IMG/VR virus record: IMGVR_UViG_3300025087_001783
Location: 1-57,089 of that record
Length of the DNA stretch: 57,089 nucleotides
Reading direction: 5' to 3' (one strand)
DNA from: a virus
Lineage: Duplodnaviria; Caudoviricetes
Below are positions 1 to 8,891 of this stretch, in pieces (within the stretch, counting starts at the first letter, position 1; each line of letters opens with the position of its first letter). The notes under the pieces were generated by a model. That model had not been told where the DNA came from. It saw nothing but the letters and a program-made list of their open reading frames with translations, and did no database searches. A program made the translations under genes and the position numbers.

Positions 1-3000
1 GGAAATCGTGTTATAACACCTGACGATCCTGTTGTGCCGGATGAAGTTTATCATATGACAACCAATTTGTCAGGTATTAGAAAATCAGGAGAAATTAGTG
101 CACGCGGCAAAGGTGGGTTGGGCGGTGATCAGCACGACCAGATTGTGTCAATGACTGTCAATCGTGACGTTGCTGAGCAGTTGGTTGAAGACACGCGCAT
201 GTTATCAACGTTGGCTCACAAGTATGTCCCAACAGGTTATAAGCTCGATTGGTCTGGTAAGGATGGTCCAGTTGATGTCGGACCAATAAAATGGAAATCT
301 CCTGAACATGGAGAATGGTCAAAAGCACTTGTTGCGGATTTGAATGCTCAAGCTGTCAAAGAAGGTTGGGAATTTACGATAGATCATGAGATGCAGTTGC
401 GGGAATATGGCTTCAATGATTGGCAGCGCATGTATTTTACGCAACGTGAGCATAGAGCTAATATTCGTAATCCATTGTTTTACGGTGCAGAAGGATTGGT
501 AAGCATTAATCCTGGAAATATTGGTTACGTTACAATTCCAAGGAACAATTTGCGTACAGGCGCGTTATTGATGGATTTTGATGTTCCTGGCCCAAATGCC
601 AGCCAGTGGGAACGTGAAAATCTTTTGTATGAAATTAGGTTATATGGTGACGTGCCATTGGTTGGTGCAACGTATTACAAGGAAAAGCACACCACAGCAA
701 TCATTGCATTTGATTGTAATGATGCTGCAATCATGGATTTGTGTAAGCATCTGCCAAGCGATCACGTGGATGACTTCCACATCACCCTGGCGTTTATTGG
801 TGATGTTGCTAATATTGATGTTGAAGCACTGAAGAACAAGTTGGAAGCATTTGCTGAACAGCAAGCACCTGTAGACGGCAAATTCAACGGATATGCCTTG
901 TTTGAAGACACAGGGGATGGCATGCCATTGGTGCTGTTGTATGACAGTCCGCAGTTGCCATTTCTCAGGCAGGCCTTGCGTGAGCAGTTCGGTGATTTGA
1001 TACCGGAGCAGGATCACGGATTTACTCCGCACTGCACGTTGTCATATGTTCAGCAACCGTACGAGCTGGATTTACAAGCATTTGACAAAATGTTTGACAA
1101 GATATCCTTGTGGGTTGGCGAGGAGCATTTTGACTATCCGTTGACAGGTAATGTTGTTGAGAAGGGTGGACCAGGTTCTGGCAATAAAGGTCATGCTGGC
1201 AGACCTGGGAAAGTAGGTGGCTCATTGCCATCAGGTGCTGTGACAGTTGGCTATCATAGGACATCATTAAACGCTGCTGATGCAATTCGTGCAAATGGTT
1301 TTTCTTTGGATTATTTTGGCAAAGGTGGTGGTTTTGGTGTTGTTGAAGAACCTGCAGGCATTTTTATTTCTCCAGAAGGCACACAAGGTGATTTTGAGCG
1401 GGAAGTGAATGAACGCGGCTTGGGATTTTCTGACGTCATAAAGGTTGCTGTACAAGACAATAAAGTTTGGCGTCCTGATAAGAAGCAGATGCGTGATGAG
1501 TTTGAAAAAGTCAGACATGCGTATTTGAAGACTAAATTTAATATCAGTGACGAGATTACGTCTTTATTGGAGCGTGGTGCATGGCGTGATATGAAGCGTT
1601 TGGTTGGCGAAGAAGAGTATGCAAATAAGTACAAGAAAATTTTTATGGATTATATTGATACATTGATGGAAGTTGATATCAAGAAAGCTTTTTCTAGTCA
1701 TATAATGCGCATGGGGTACACAGCAGTTGAATGGGAAGAGCCATTGTATCATGTCAGGCAAATGGTTGTACTTGATCCTAGTGCAATTACGATAATTAAG
1801 GATCATGTTGAGAAGGGTGGCGCTGGATCAGGGAATTACGGGCACAGCGGCAGGCCAGGGAAAGTGGGGGGATCAGCAAGTTCTAGTGCATATGATATAA
1901 GTGCTGAAGAGATTGGTATCGTGTATCATGGTGGGAAGTCAAAAGTTCGTGAAGTTGATCCTGAGCTTGTAAATACACGTGATTATGGATATTATGGCGA
2001 AGGATTTTATGTAACAACTGGCAGGGACTATGCAAAGACTTATGGCAGAACGATTTCTGAGTTTAGATTTGCTGACGATACGAAAATTTTACGTTCGGAA
2101 TTGCATGCCAAGAACGCGCATGCTGATCTTGTACGAGACGTTCTTGCCAGGGAATACGAAGTTGCATACCCAAGAATAAAAGGTAATCCAACAAAAGAAG
2201 CCAATTTTGCTGCATATCTTGAAGATGTAAAAGAAAGTCCTGTAGAATGGGCGCGTGTAGTGTATGCGTTTGGTAAGGCAAAAGGTTATGATGTAATCAT
2301 GCATTCAGGTGGGGAAATTGTTGTATTGAATTATGACAAGCTGCAATTTTTGAAAGAGTATGTTGTTGAAAAGCAGCTGCCAATTGACGATGCGAGCAAA
2401 GCTGTGTTATTGGAAATCCGTAAGAACATGTTCAACGACTTGGCAGATAACCTTGCTGATAGAGTATTTACAGGGGATATGACGGTTGGAGCATGGGAAG
2501 AGGCAATGCGTAAGGCAGTCAGGGAGCTGCACGCATCAGCAGCAGCGATTGCCAAAGGTGGTTGGGATCAGATGACGCCACAGGATTGGGGTCGTTTGGG
2601 ACCACAAATGAAGGAGCAGTATCGTTATTTGCATGGTTTTGCTGAGAAAATTGCTGAAAACAGGGACACAATTAGTATTGAGGCAATCAAGGCGCGTGCG
2701 CATATGTACGGTGAAGCAGCCGGCAACACAGCGGCAATCATTGAGGCAGGGGAGTTTGCTGGTGGAACGGAGCGACAGCCTGGCAGGTTCAAAGGATTAC
2801 CATTCATGCCGAAAGACGGCAGCACGGAATGTTTTTTCTGGGCTGACAAGGTTCGAGTATATACGCGCGAGAGAGGGTATGTGCGATTGGCGTCTATATT
2901 AGTTGGTGAGCATGTGTTGACACATAAAGGTCGTTTCAAAGAAGTGTTGACTAATGATTGTAAAGCTGTTAAGGATGTAAATTCTGTTGAAATAGAAGTC

Positions 3001-3756
3001 ATGATAGGCACTAAGTTGCACAAGTTGTGCACTACGCCAGATCATAGATTCTTAGGTGCTGATGGTAAATGGATATACGCGGCAAATTTGAAAGTGGGCG
3101 GCAATCTTGCTAGACTTGGTATGCAGTGTAAGAATGATGCGTGTGATGATGTGACACATCTTCCAAAAGATGGGAAAATGCACTATTGTTCAATGAGTTG
3201 TTCATGTATTGGTGAACGTAAGTATGAAAAAGCGCACGAAAAGGCCAGAGAAATTGAGGTTGATGGTGGTTATTGGCATGGTTCTCCAGAGCGTCAACGT
3301 AGTGATGAAATTCGTGATAATGCCATAATTGAGCAAAAAGATTATGACATATATAGGTTTGATGCATGGGATGTTGTAAAGGATAAGGATTTTATTAAAG
3401 ATCAACTTGTTAGAGCTTTTGCTAATCATGATGGCAAATATATTGCGGTTGGTGATGCAGAGATTATTAGCATAAAAAGAGTTGTAAGATCAGGCACAGT
3501 TAGATGCTTGACAGTAGAAGATGACGAATCTTTTGCAGTAACTGATGGCATAATCAGCCATAATTGCCTGATGTACTGCAAGTGTTACTGGGAACTTGCT
3601 GAAATTAGCAGAAGCAAAACCGCAAAAGTCATCCAAGCTGTGTGGAAACTGTCTCCTGCTGAGCACTGTCAAACCTGTTTGGATCGCAGAAACTATACGG
3701 TGGCGTTGACGGTGCCCTTGGATACAATTGTGCCAGCAACGATAGGTGGATATTGA
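1..3756 (+). CDS. MuF-like (minor head morphogenesis) polyvalent protein: ART-like, 2H-phosphoesterase, ART-like x2, MuF-like C-terminus with intein; 5'-truncated
   Basis: Frame is open from base 1 (GNRVITPDDPVVP...). Motifs: VYHMT..VSMT..EIR; FHITL/PHCTL (2H pair); GYHRT..GF..GIFIS; VYHGG..YGEGFYVT..AKTYG..GYD..EIVV; helical MuF-like region followed by PKDGSTE/C..CKC and AEHCQTC. Lies directly upstream of the protease and capsid genes. Confidence 0.75.
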   Translation, partial: GNRVITPDDPVVPDEVYHMTTNLSGIRKSGEISARGKGGLGGDQHDQIVSMTVNRDVAEQLVEDTRMLSTLAHKYVPTGYKLDWSGKDGPVDVGPIKWKSPEHGEWSKALVADLNAQAVKEGWEFTIDHEMQLREYGFNDWQRMYFTQREHRANIRNPLFYGAEGLVSINPGNIGYVTIPRNNLRTGALLMDFDVPGPNASQWERENLLYEIRLYGDVPLVGATYYKEKHTTAIIAFDCNDAAIMDLCKHLPSDHVDDFHITLAFIGDVANIDVEALKNKLEAFAEQQAPVDGKFNGYALFEDTGDGMPLVLLYDSPQLPFLRQALREQFGDLIPEQDHGFTPHCTLSYVQQPYELDLQAFDKMFDKISLWVGEEHFDYPLTGNVVEKGGPGSGNKGHAGRPGKVGGSLPSGAVTVGYHRTSLNAADAIRANGFSLDYFGKGGGFGVVEEPAGIFISPEGTQGDFEREVNERGLGFSDVIKVAVQDNKVWRPDKKQMRDEFEKVRHAYLKTKFNISDEITSLLERGAWRDMKRLVGEEEYANKYKKIFMDYIDTLMEVDIKKAFSSHIMRMGYTAVEWEEPLYHVRQMVVLDPSAITIIKDHVEKGGAGSGNYGHSGRPGKVGGSASSSAYDISAEEIGIVYHGGKSKVREVDPELVNTRDYGYYGEGFYVTTGRDYAKTYGRTISEFRFADDTKILRSELHAKNAHADLVRDVLAREYEVAYPRIKGNPTKEANFAAYLEDVKESPVEWARVVYAFGKAKGYDVIMHSGGEIVVLNYDKLQFLKEYVVEKQLPIDDASKAVLLEIRKNMFNDLADNLADRVFTGDMTVGAWEEAMRKAVRELHASAAAIAKGGWDQMTPQDWGRLGPQMKEQYRYLHGFAEKIAENRDTISIEAIKARAHMYGEAAGNTAAIIEAGEFAGGTERQPGRFKGLPFMPKDGSTECFFWADKVRVYTRERGYVRLASILVGEHVLTHKGRFKEVLTNDCKAVKDVNSVEIEVMIGTKLHKLCTTPDHRFLGADGKWIYAANLKVGGNLARLGMQCKNDACDDVTHLPKDGKMHYCSMSCSCIGERKYEKAHEKAREIEVDGGYWHGSPERQRSDEIRDNAIIEQKDYDIYRFDAWDVVKDKDFIKDQLVRAFANHDGKYIAVGDAEIISIKRVVRSGTVRCLTVEDDESFAVTDGIISHNCLMYCKCYWELAEISRSKTAKVIQAVWKLSPAEHCQTCLDRRNYTVALTVPLDTIVPATIGGY
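688..1150 (+). other. 2H-phosphoesterase domain (2'-5' RNA ligase/LigT/Acb1-like) within the polyprotein
   Basis: Two HxT motifs, DFHITL (His at 778) and FTPHCTL (His at 1030), about 84 aa apart. Confidence 0.8.
1162..1224 (+). repeat. Gly-rich peptide tag, copy 1: KGGPGSGNKGHAGRPGKVGGS
   Basis: Near-identical 21-aa motif also at 1813-1875, 20844-20906 and 21689-21751; conserved at protein level with divergent codons. Confidence 0.95.
1813..1875 (+). repeat. Gly-rich peptide tag, copy 2: KGGAGSGNYGHSGRPGKVGGS
   Basis: Direct translation; precedes the third ART-like domain. Confidence 0.95.
2830..3564 (+). mobile_element. Intein (245 aa) in the MuF-like domain, with a Cys-rich segment and a partial DUF559/Vsr-like endonuclease
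   Basis: N-junction STE|CFFWADKVRV, block-B-like TPDHRF, C-junction FAVTDGIISHN|C; splicing restores PKDGSTE-CLMYCKC; internal IEVDGGYWH...RD...YDIYRF. Confidence 0.9.
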
Positions 3757-3777
3757 GATTTTGCATTTAATTTTTAT

Positions 3778-3811
3778 AACTGGATGCCATTATGGCATCC
3801 AGTTTTGTTTT
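3778..3811 (+). terminator. Rho-independent terminator after the polyprotein gene
   Basis: AACTGGATGCCA-TTA-TGGCATCCAGTT perfect 12-bp stem followed by TTGTTTT. Confidence 0.75.
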
Positions 3812-3815
3812 AATC

Positions 3816-3840
3816 AAAGTATATATATTATATTCGGAGG
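3816..3840 (+). promoter_or_regulatory. Putative late promoter plus RBS (AAAGTATATATATTATATTcGGAG), copy 1
   Basis: 19 bp identical (23/24 overall) to 45856-45879; both copies head structural operons. Confidence 0.7.
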
Positions 3841-3846
3841 ATTTGT

Positions 3847-5220
3847 ATGCCTTGGCATAAGCAAACGCGCGGTGATGAGATTTGTGTTACAGATAAGAGT
3901 GGCAAGCAGTTGCATTGCTATCCTAACACACCTGCAGGTGAGAAGCGCGCTGATAAGTACATTGCCGCGTTGTATGCCAATGCTGGTGAGGAAGTCAAAG
4001 AGGTTGGCGAGGGCGTCTTTATTGAAAAAGAAAAGGATGGTCGTTACAGGATCATAGCAGTATCAACAGCACAGCTGAAGGACAGGGATGGAGAAACCTT
4101 TGACGTTGGTGCCATGGACTACGATATTGCTACTGCTGAAACGACTGGTGAGTATCCTGAATTTCGTGTTTTTCATCGCAAAAATCTAGGTATCGGTAAA
4201 GTTGAGAAGATGCGCCGCGTTGGCATTTTTGCGGTTGATGAGGGGCACAGCTACACTGACCCATTTTCATTACAGGTTTGTGAGAAGATGCTCTCCAACA
4301 ATGATGGCAAGTGGAGAGTATCGCGAGGATTTTATGCGCTGGAAGTCAGTGGCGGCTGTCCGCATTGTAATGAAAATTTGCTTGTAGAAAAGCAAAATAT
4401 GGTTGTAGGTTTTCTGTGCCCAACTTGCAAGACGTACCACCCACAGTACAAGGGAGTGCTCAAAGACGTGCACTTTCGTAAGACCAGAACGTTTGATGTG
4501 TCGGTGACAGATGTTCCCTGCGTCCCATACACAGGCGTTACTGCAATGAAGGATTTACCAACAACTGATCTGGAGGATGACATGGCATTAACTAAGAAGG
4601 ATTTGGAGAAAAAGCTGCGGGACGCAGGTGTATCCAAGGAAGCTATTGATGAGCGTCTTGGAAGCCTGACCGACGCGCAGCTGAAGGAGTTTAGCGACAT
4701 CCCATTTGCGCAGGTGCTCAAAGAGCTGGATGTGGAAACTCCCGAGAGCGACGAGCCGGAGGCAGTCGATCTTGACGAGATGCTGAAGGAAATTGCAGCT
4801 ATTGTTCGCAAAGAGGTTGAAGAGGCAGTTGAGGAAAAGCTGCGCACCGTGCTGGATGGCCTGGAGCTGAACGTTCCTGACATCGAGATCCCGGAGATGA
4901 AAGAGCTTGCCAAGATTGTAGAACTGGCTGCGGAAATCACAGAGCTTAAGGAAGCTGTCGAGGCATTGGCTCGTACTGATCAGGAGCGCCTGAAGGAGCT
5001 TATGTCTGACATGCCTCGAAATGGAAAACTGCGCGTGGCACGCTTCAAGGCCAAGAAACCTCCCATGGAGGACGAAGAGGAAGACGAAGAAGATGAAGAA
5101 AGCGAAGAAGAAATGCCCATGGCCCTGCGCAAAAAGCAGCATGATGCTGGAATGCGCATTATCGGCGCAGATGGCTTCAGTGCAGCCAGCATGACCGAAT
5201 TTATCTCGGGAGGTAAGTAA
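3847..5220 (+). CDS. Prohead protease/scaffold fusion
   Basis: HK97-type protease-like pattern (DRDGE..VFH..GIGKV..VSRGF..DVSV) with a CPHC/CPTC insert; acidic coiled-coil C-terminus; GGAGG RBS; directly upstream of the capsid gene. Confidence 0.7.
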   Translation: MPWHKQTRGDEICVTDKSGKQLHCYPNTPAGEKRADKYIAALYANAGEEVKEVGEGVFIEKEKDGRYRIIAVSTAQLKDRDGETFDVGAMDYDIATAETTGEYPEFRVFHRKNLGIGKVEKMRRVGIFAVDEGHSYTDPFSLQVCEKMLSNNDGKWRVSRGFYALEVSGGCPHCNENLLVEKQNMVVGFLCPTCKTYHPQYKGVLKDVHFRKTRTFDVSVTDVPCVPYTGVTAMKDLPTTDLEDDMALTKKDLEKKLRDAGVSKEAIDERLGSLTDAQLKEFSDIPFAQVLKELDVETPESDEPEAVDLDEMLKEIAAIVRKEVEEAVEEKLRTVLDGLELNVPDIEIPEMKELAKIVELAAEITELKEAVEALARTDQERLKELMSDMPRNGKLRVARFKAKKPPMEDEEEDEEDEESEEEMPMALRKKQHDAGMRIIGADGFSAASMTEFISGGK

Positions 5221-5222
5221 CA

Positions 5223-6719
5223 ATGGCTAAAATCCATCGCACTAACAAAAGTCCGTTGATGGGTATTTTCGACGGCATCCGCAGCGACCCTGATGAGCTG
5301 GCACGGTTTGGCGCTGCAATTGGCCTCGGTATTGCGCAGGCGCAGAATGTTGAGCGTGGGCGCATGCTGCCGATGTTCAAAGAGTCTCAGGGTGATATGG
5401 TCCCCAAGACCTATAGCATCTATGGTCGTTACAGCATCTTCGATCCGTGTAGCCCTGGGGACGTGTTTGGGTTGCAGGTGCAGACGGTTGGCCTGATGCC
5501 TTGGCTTGGATGGCGTCCGAATCGGTTCTACCGTCGGCGCGTGGATTTCATTCCTTGGTATGGTCCTGAGGGCACTGTGGCATGTAACAGCACTACTGGT
5601 GCTGGCAATCCATGCGATGACCCCAAGGGATGGGAGTATGGAGTTTGTGGTTATGACCTGGTGCATACCAGCTGGTACCATCGTGCTGGTGATCCCCTCA
5701 ATCCGCACACTATCACTCAGGATCGCTGCGAGACCACGCCGCGCTATCGCCTGAATGGTATGATGATCGCAGATGATGTTGAGTGGCAGATGAATGGTAT
5801 CATGAACGTTCTGCAGCAGGACCTGCGCCGCGACATGATCCACGGCAATCACGACAATGCCTATCAGATGGACGGCCTGGAAAACCTGGTGGTGACTGGG
5901 TACACTAATGATAATGGCACTACATGCCCGCAGATTGACAGCGCTGTTATTGATTGGGCACATGACGATCTGGATGGCGACGTCAACGGGTATGGCAATT
6001 TCTTCAACTACCTGGATGAGCTGGTCACTGAGATCGAGTATCGCGCCAGCGCCATCGGCACCATTGCCGAAACGGACATGGTGTTGCTGACCAGTCGGTT
6101 CATGGCAACCTGTCTGCTGGATGCTTATGCTTGCTACACCACTTGCGGTGTGACGTCTGACAATGACGTTACTGACCAGGCTCTCCGAGGTCAGCAGCGC
6201 GCGGCACGCATGGCGCTGAATGCTGGACCGCTGTATGACGGTGCTTCTGCAGTCGGATATCTGCCGCTGAAGAGCGGTCGGCGCGTCCCGATCATCGTTG
6301 ACGATGCCCTGGATATTGACAAATTCAATACCACATACTGCACTGACATCTACCTGCTGGTCCGCAGGATTGGCAGCATCGACGTGCTGTATGGCGAGTA
6401 TTTGGATCTGCGTGTGTACGAGAGCCGTGTGCGCGCCAAGTTCCCGGACTTCACCGTTCGGGCTGACGCTGCTGGGCGGTTTGTTACCAAAGGCAAAGAG
6501 GACAACTGGTGCTTGCAGCTTCAGATGGGCACCAGCCCTGAAATCTACATTGCTGCTCCTTGGGCACAGGCTCGATTCCAGGATGTCTGCTGCGCACGCC
6601 AGCGCCAGCCTCTGACTGGTGATCCGTTCCTGCCTAACAAGTACTATATGCCTGGTGGCAAGCCGGTACACTCTGCGTGGTTTGACGTTCCTGAAGGCAA
6701 CGATCAGACTGGTCTGTAG
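5223..6719 (+). CDS. Major capsid protein
   Basis: 498 aa after protease/scaffold, GGAGG RBS, C-ending codon bias, HK97-like 'MDGLENLV' segment, followed by a strong hairpin. Confidence 0.75.
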   Translation: MAKIHRTNKSPLMGIFDGIRSDPDELARFGAAIGLGIAQAQNVERGRMLPMFKESQGDMVPKTYSIYGRYSIFDPCSPGDVFGLQVQTVGLMPWLGWRPNRFYRRRVDFIPWYGPEGTVACNSTTGAGNPCDDPKGWEYGVCGYDLVHTSWYHRAGDPLNPHTITQDRCETTPRYRLNGMMIADDVEWQMNGIMNVLQQDLRRDMIHGNHDNAYQMDGLENLVVTGYTNDNGTTCPQIDSAVIDWAHDDLDGDVNGYGNFFNYLDELVTEIEYRASAIGTIAETDMVLLTSRFMATCLLDAYACYTTCGVTSDNDVTDQALRGQQRAARMALNAGPLYDGASAVGYLPLKSGRRVPIIVDDALDIDKFNTTYCTDIYLLVRRIGSIDVLYGEYLDLRVYESRVRAKFPDFTVRADAAGRFVTKGKEDNWCLQLQMGTSPEIYIAAPWAQARFQDVCCARQRQPLTGDPFLPNKYYMPGGKPVHSAWFDVPEGNDQTGL

Positions 6720-6764
6720 TATCGGGTTGATGAGGGTTGTCTCATCTTCCACCCTCCTTTCCTT

Positions 6765-6805
6765 GGGCACAGGGTCTAATAAACCCTGTGCCCTGAATTT
6801 ATTTT
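6765..6805 (+). terminator. Terminator after the capsid gene
   Basis: GGGCACAGGGT-CTAATAA-ACCCTGTGCCC 11-bp stem then TGAATTTATTTT. Confidence 0.7.
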
Positions 6806-6809
6806 CTGA

Positions 6810-6824
6810 CAAGTTTAGTATAAT
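6810..6824 (+). promoter_or_regulatory. Phage promoter motif CAAGTTTAG-TATAAT
   Basis: Identical 15-mer at 39511-39525; variants at 22082, 30289 and 35166. Confidence 0.7.
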
Positions 6825-6849
6825 GGTGGTATCGAAGCCATCGCGACAA

Positions 6850-6906
6850 CAGGTTGCCTGTAATACTGCGAGTCCTAGCGGAGTCCCGAAAGTGACAGGC
6901 AACCTG
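6850..6906 (+). ncRNA. Structured 5' leader or small RNA of unknown class
   Basis: Perfect 12-bp stem CAGGTTGCCTGT/ACAGGCAACCTG enclosing 33 nt, between the promoter and the first glycosyltransferase; no U-tract. Confidence 0.4.
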
Positions 6907-6929
6907 CCTCTTAATACCTGTGTATCCAT

Positions 6930-7775
6930 ATGACAATCATTTTTGCAAAAACACGTTGGCCTTATGACAGCTATCAGGATCTGTGGAAGCTGGTAGAGTT
7001 GTCTGGTTTTCCTGTTTGCTTTGTGGATGAGATGGACATTTTTAACCAGGAGCATACTTATGTCACAGCACCGTTCAATGGCGAGTTGCTGGACTTCATG
7101 AACGATTACAGGCGCAATAACAAGCGCGCTGAAATCGTACTGTGGAATCTGGAGCGTCCTGGTGGCTCAGGTACAATTGAGGAGTACATACGATCCAATA
7201 CAGAGCATATCCATAATGGGCATATCAGCAGGGTCATTGTATCGGACAAACAGCTGGCGCGTGACACAGGCTTCCAGTACGTGACTTTGGGATCGCATCC
7301 TGACCTCGGATCTCCGATTTTCATTCAGGATAAGGCATATGACGTCATACACCTGATGTGTTATAGCAATCGCAGAGGGCCATGGTTCAGCTATCCTGGA
7401 AATGAGTGGCACGCGTTGCAGTATGAGAATGACGTCATAAAAATCGCTCCGAATTGCTGGGGAGAGGAGCGACACAAAGCTCTACAGCAGTCCAGGTTTA
7501 TGCTAAGCATTCACCAGGACGATTTTATGTATATTGAACCATTGCGCCTTACATTGGCAGCTGCCTACGGATTACCAATAATTTCAGAAGAATGTGCGGA
7601 CTATTTCCCATACACGGATTGTGCAAAGACCAGTAATGCGGATGCATTGAAGAATGTTGCGCGATTAGTGAAGGAATATCTGCGTGACGATCACTGGTAT
7701 TTCCAGGGATTGAGGTTGCGAACGTTGATGACAGAAGAGTTTACATTTAGGAGATGCTTGGAGGAGATGCTATGA
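6930..7775 (+). CDS. Glycosyltransferase, GT-B/CgeB-like
   Basis: C-terminal SRFMLSIHQ..EPLRLTLAAAYGLPIISE resembles the GT-B (Glyco_trans_1_2-like) signature. Confidence 0.55.
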   Translation: MTIIFAKTRWPYDSYQDLWKLVELSGFPVCFVDEMDIFNQEHTYVTAPFNGELLDFMNDYRRNNKRAEIVLWNLERPGGSGTIEEYIRSNTEHIHNGHISRVIVSDKQLARDTGFQYVTLGSHPDLGSPIFIQDKAYDVIHLMCYSNRRGPWFSYPGNEWHALQYENDVIKIAPNCWGEERHKALQQSRFMLSIHQDDFMYIEPLRLTLAAAYGLPIISEECADYFPYTDCAKTSNADALKNVARLVKEYLRDDHWYFQGLRLRTLMTEEFTFRRCLEEML

Positions 7776-7972
7776 TTGAATTACCTCCTGGTGCAATACT
7801 GAAAATTGTGGAAGATGCCCTTAAATTTAGAGAGGACAAAGAAAGAGCTGTGTATAATTGTAAATATTTTAAGCGCAAGCTAGTGCTGGATGGGCAATTA
7901 GTACTGCCTGGGTTTGAAGGCATTATGCTAGAAAATCGTTTGGCGCCTTGGGGAATTGAGGTTATACAATGA
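7772..7972 (+). CDS. Small hypothetical protein with GQLVLPGFE motif
   Basis: GGAGGAG RBS, ATGA overlap with the upstream gene; motif shared with the next ORF. Confidence 0.6.
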   Translation: MIELPPGAILKIVEDALKFREDKERAVYNCKYFKRKLVLDGQLVLPGFEGIMLENRLAPWGIEVIQ

Positions 7973-8154
7973 GTTATGAGTATGATATTGTGGATGCGTT
8001 TGCATACATTATGGAGAAGCGAGAAATGGCATATTTTGCTAAAATGTTTAAATCTGGTGCAAGATTGTCAGTGTCAGGACAGCTGGTGCTACCTGGATTT
8101 GAGATTATGATTTTGCTCACGTGCCCCTCGTTGAAGAATGTTGAGATAATATAA
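7969..8154 (+). CDS. Small hypothetical protein with GQLVLPGFE motif (paralog of the previous ORF)
   Basis: GAGG RBS; translationally coupled on both sides. Confidence 0.6.
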   Translation: MSYEYDIVDAFAYIMEKREMAYFAKMFKSGARLSVSGQLVLPGFEIMILLTCPSLKNVEII

Positions 8155-8891
8155 TGATTGCAGCTTGCTATGTTTTGCACTACGGTAAAGAGTGGTTGCA
8201 GTGGTCCATGCGCAGCGTCAAGGATTTTGTTGATGATATCTATATTTTCTACTCCGCAACCCCCAGTCATGGTCACAGGACCACGATGACATGTCCGGAA
8301 ACTCGCAATGAGCTGTACGATATTGCCAGGGGTGCGTATTGGATCGACTGCGGTCCGTTCGGATGGGAGGGACAGCATCGGGATTTTGCATGCGACACAT
8401 TGAGAGATGCTGGTTACGATCAGATTTTGGTTGTGGATGCAGACGAGATATGGCCACCTGAATTGCTGCACAACTTTATTGAATTTTCAAAGAATAGCAG
8501 TGCCAAGAAGATACGGGTTGGCATGCGGCATTTTTGGCGGTCGCTGAAGTGGGTGTGCGATGACAGCACTGAACCACTCCGCATGTTCAATGTGCATGCC
8601 GACAATAAAGATGAGGTATACTACCCGCTCGATGGTGGAAAGGTCTACCATATGGGGTATGCCCAGAGCGCGACCATCATGCTTTACAAAATTTCCATTC
8701 ATGGGCATAAATCTGAATGGAGAGGAAATTGGTATCAGGAAAAGTTCTTGAATTGGAAGCCTGGTGATCTGGATGTGCATCCAACATGCGAGCGCAACTT
8801 CTGGGATCCGAAACCGTTTGTTGACGAGGATGGTACGCTGGAGTATTTGGTTGGCGACCATCCGTACTATAACCTGGATATTATACGATGA
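8154..8891 (+). CDS. Glycosyltransferase family 2-like (GT-A)
   Basis: N-terminal 'SMRSVKDFVDDIYI', DxD motif VVDADE, HMGY. Confidence 0.75.
   Translation: MIAACYVLHYGKEWLQWSMRSVKDFVDDIYIFYSATPSHGHRTTMTCPETRNELYDIARGAYWIDCGPFGWEGQHRDFACDTLRDAGYDQILVVDADEIWPPELLHNFIEFSKNSSAKKIRVGMRHFWRSLKWVCDDSTEPLRMFNVHADNKDEVYYPLDGGKVYHMGYAQSATIMLYKISIHGHKSEWRGNWYQEKFLNWKPGDLDVHPTCERNFWDPKPFVDEDGTLEYLVGDHPYYNLDIIR

Noticed and set aside
6862-6894. Resemblance to hammerhead (CUG.GA/GAAA), twister (UAA.ACUGC) or SAM-SAH riboswitch cores
   Set aside because: Required core nucleotides and stems are missing or mis-spaced for each class; kept only as an unassigned structured RNA.
4980-7055. 691-aa minus-strand ORF
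   Set aside because: Antisense shadow of the codon-biased capsid gene; no recognisable motifs. The same applies to the other minus-strand ORFs opposite + strand genes.
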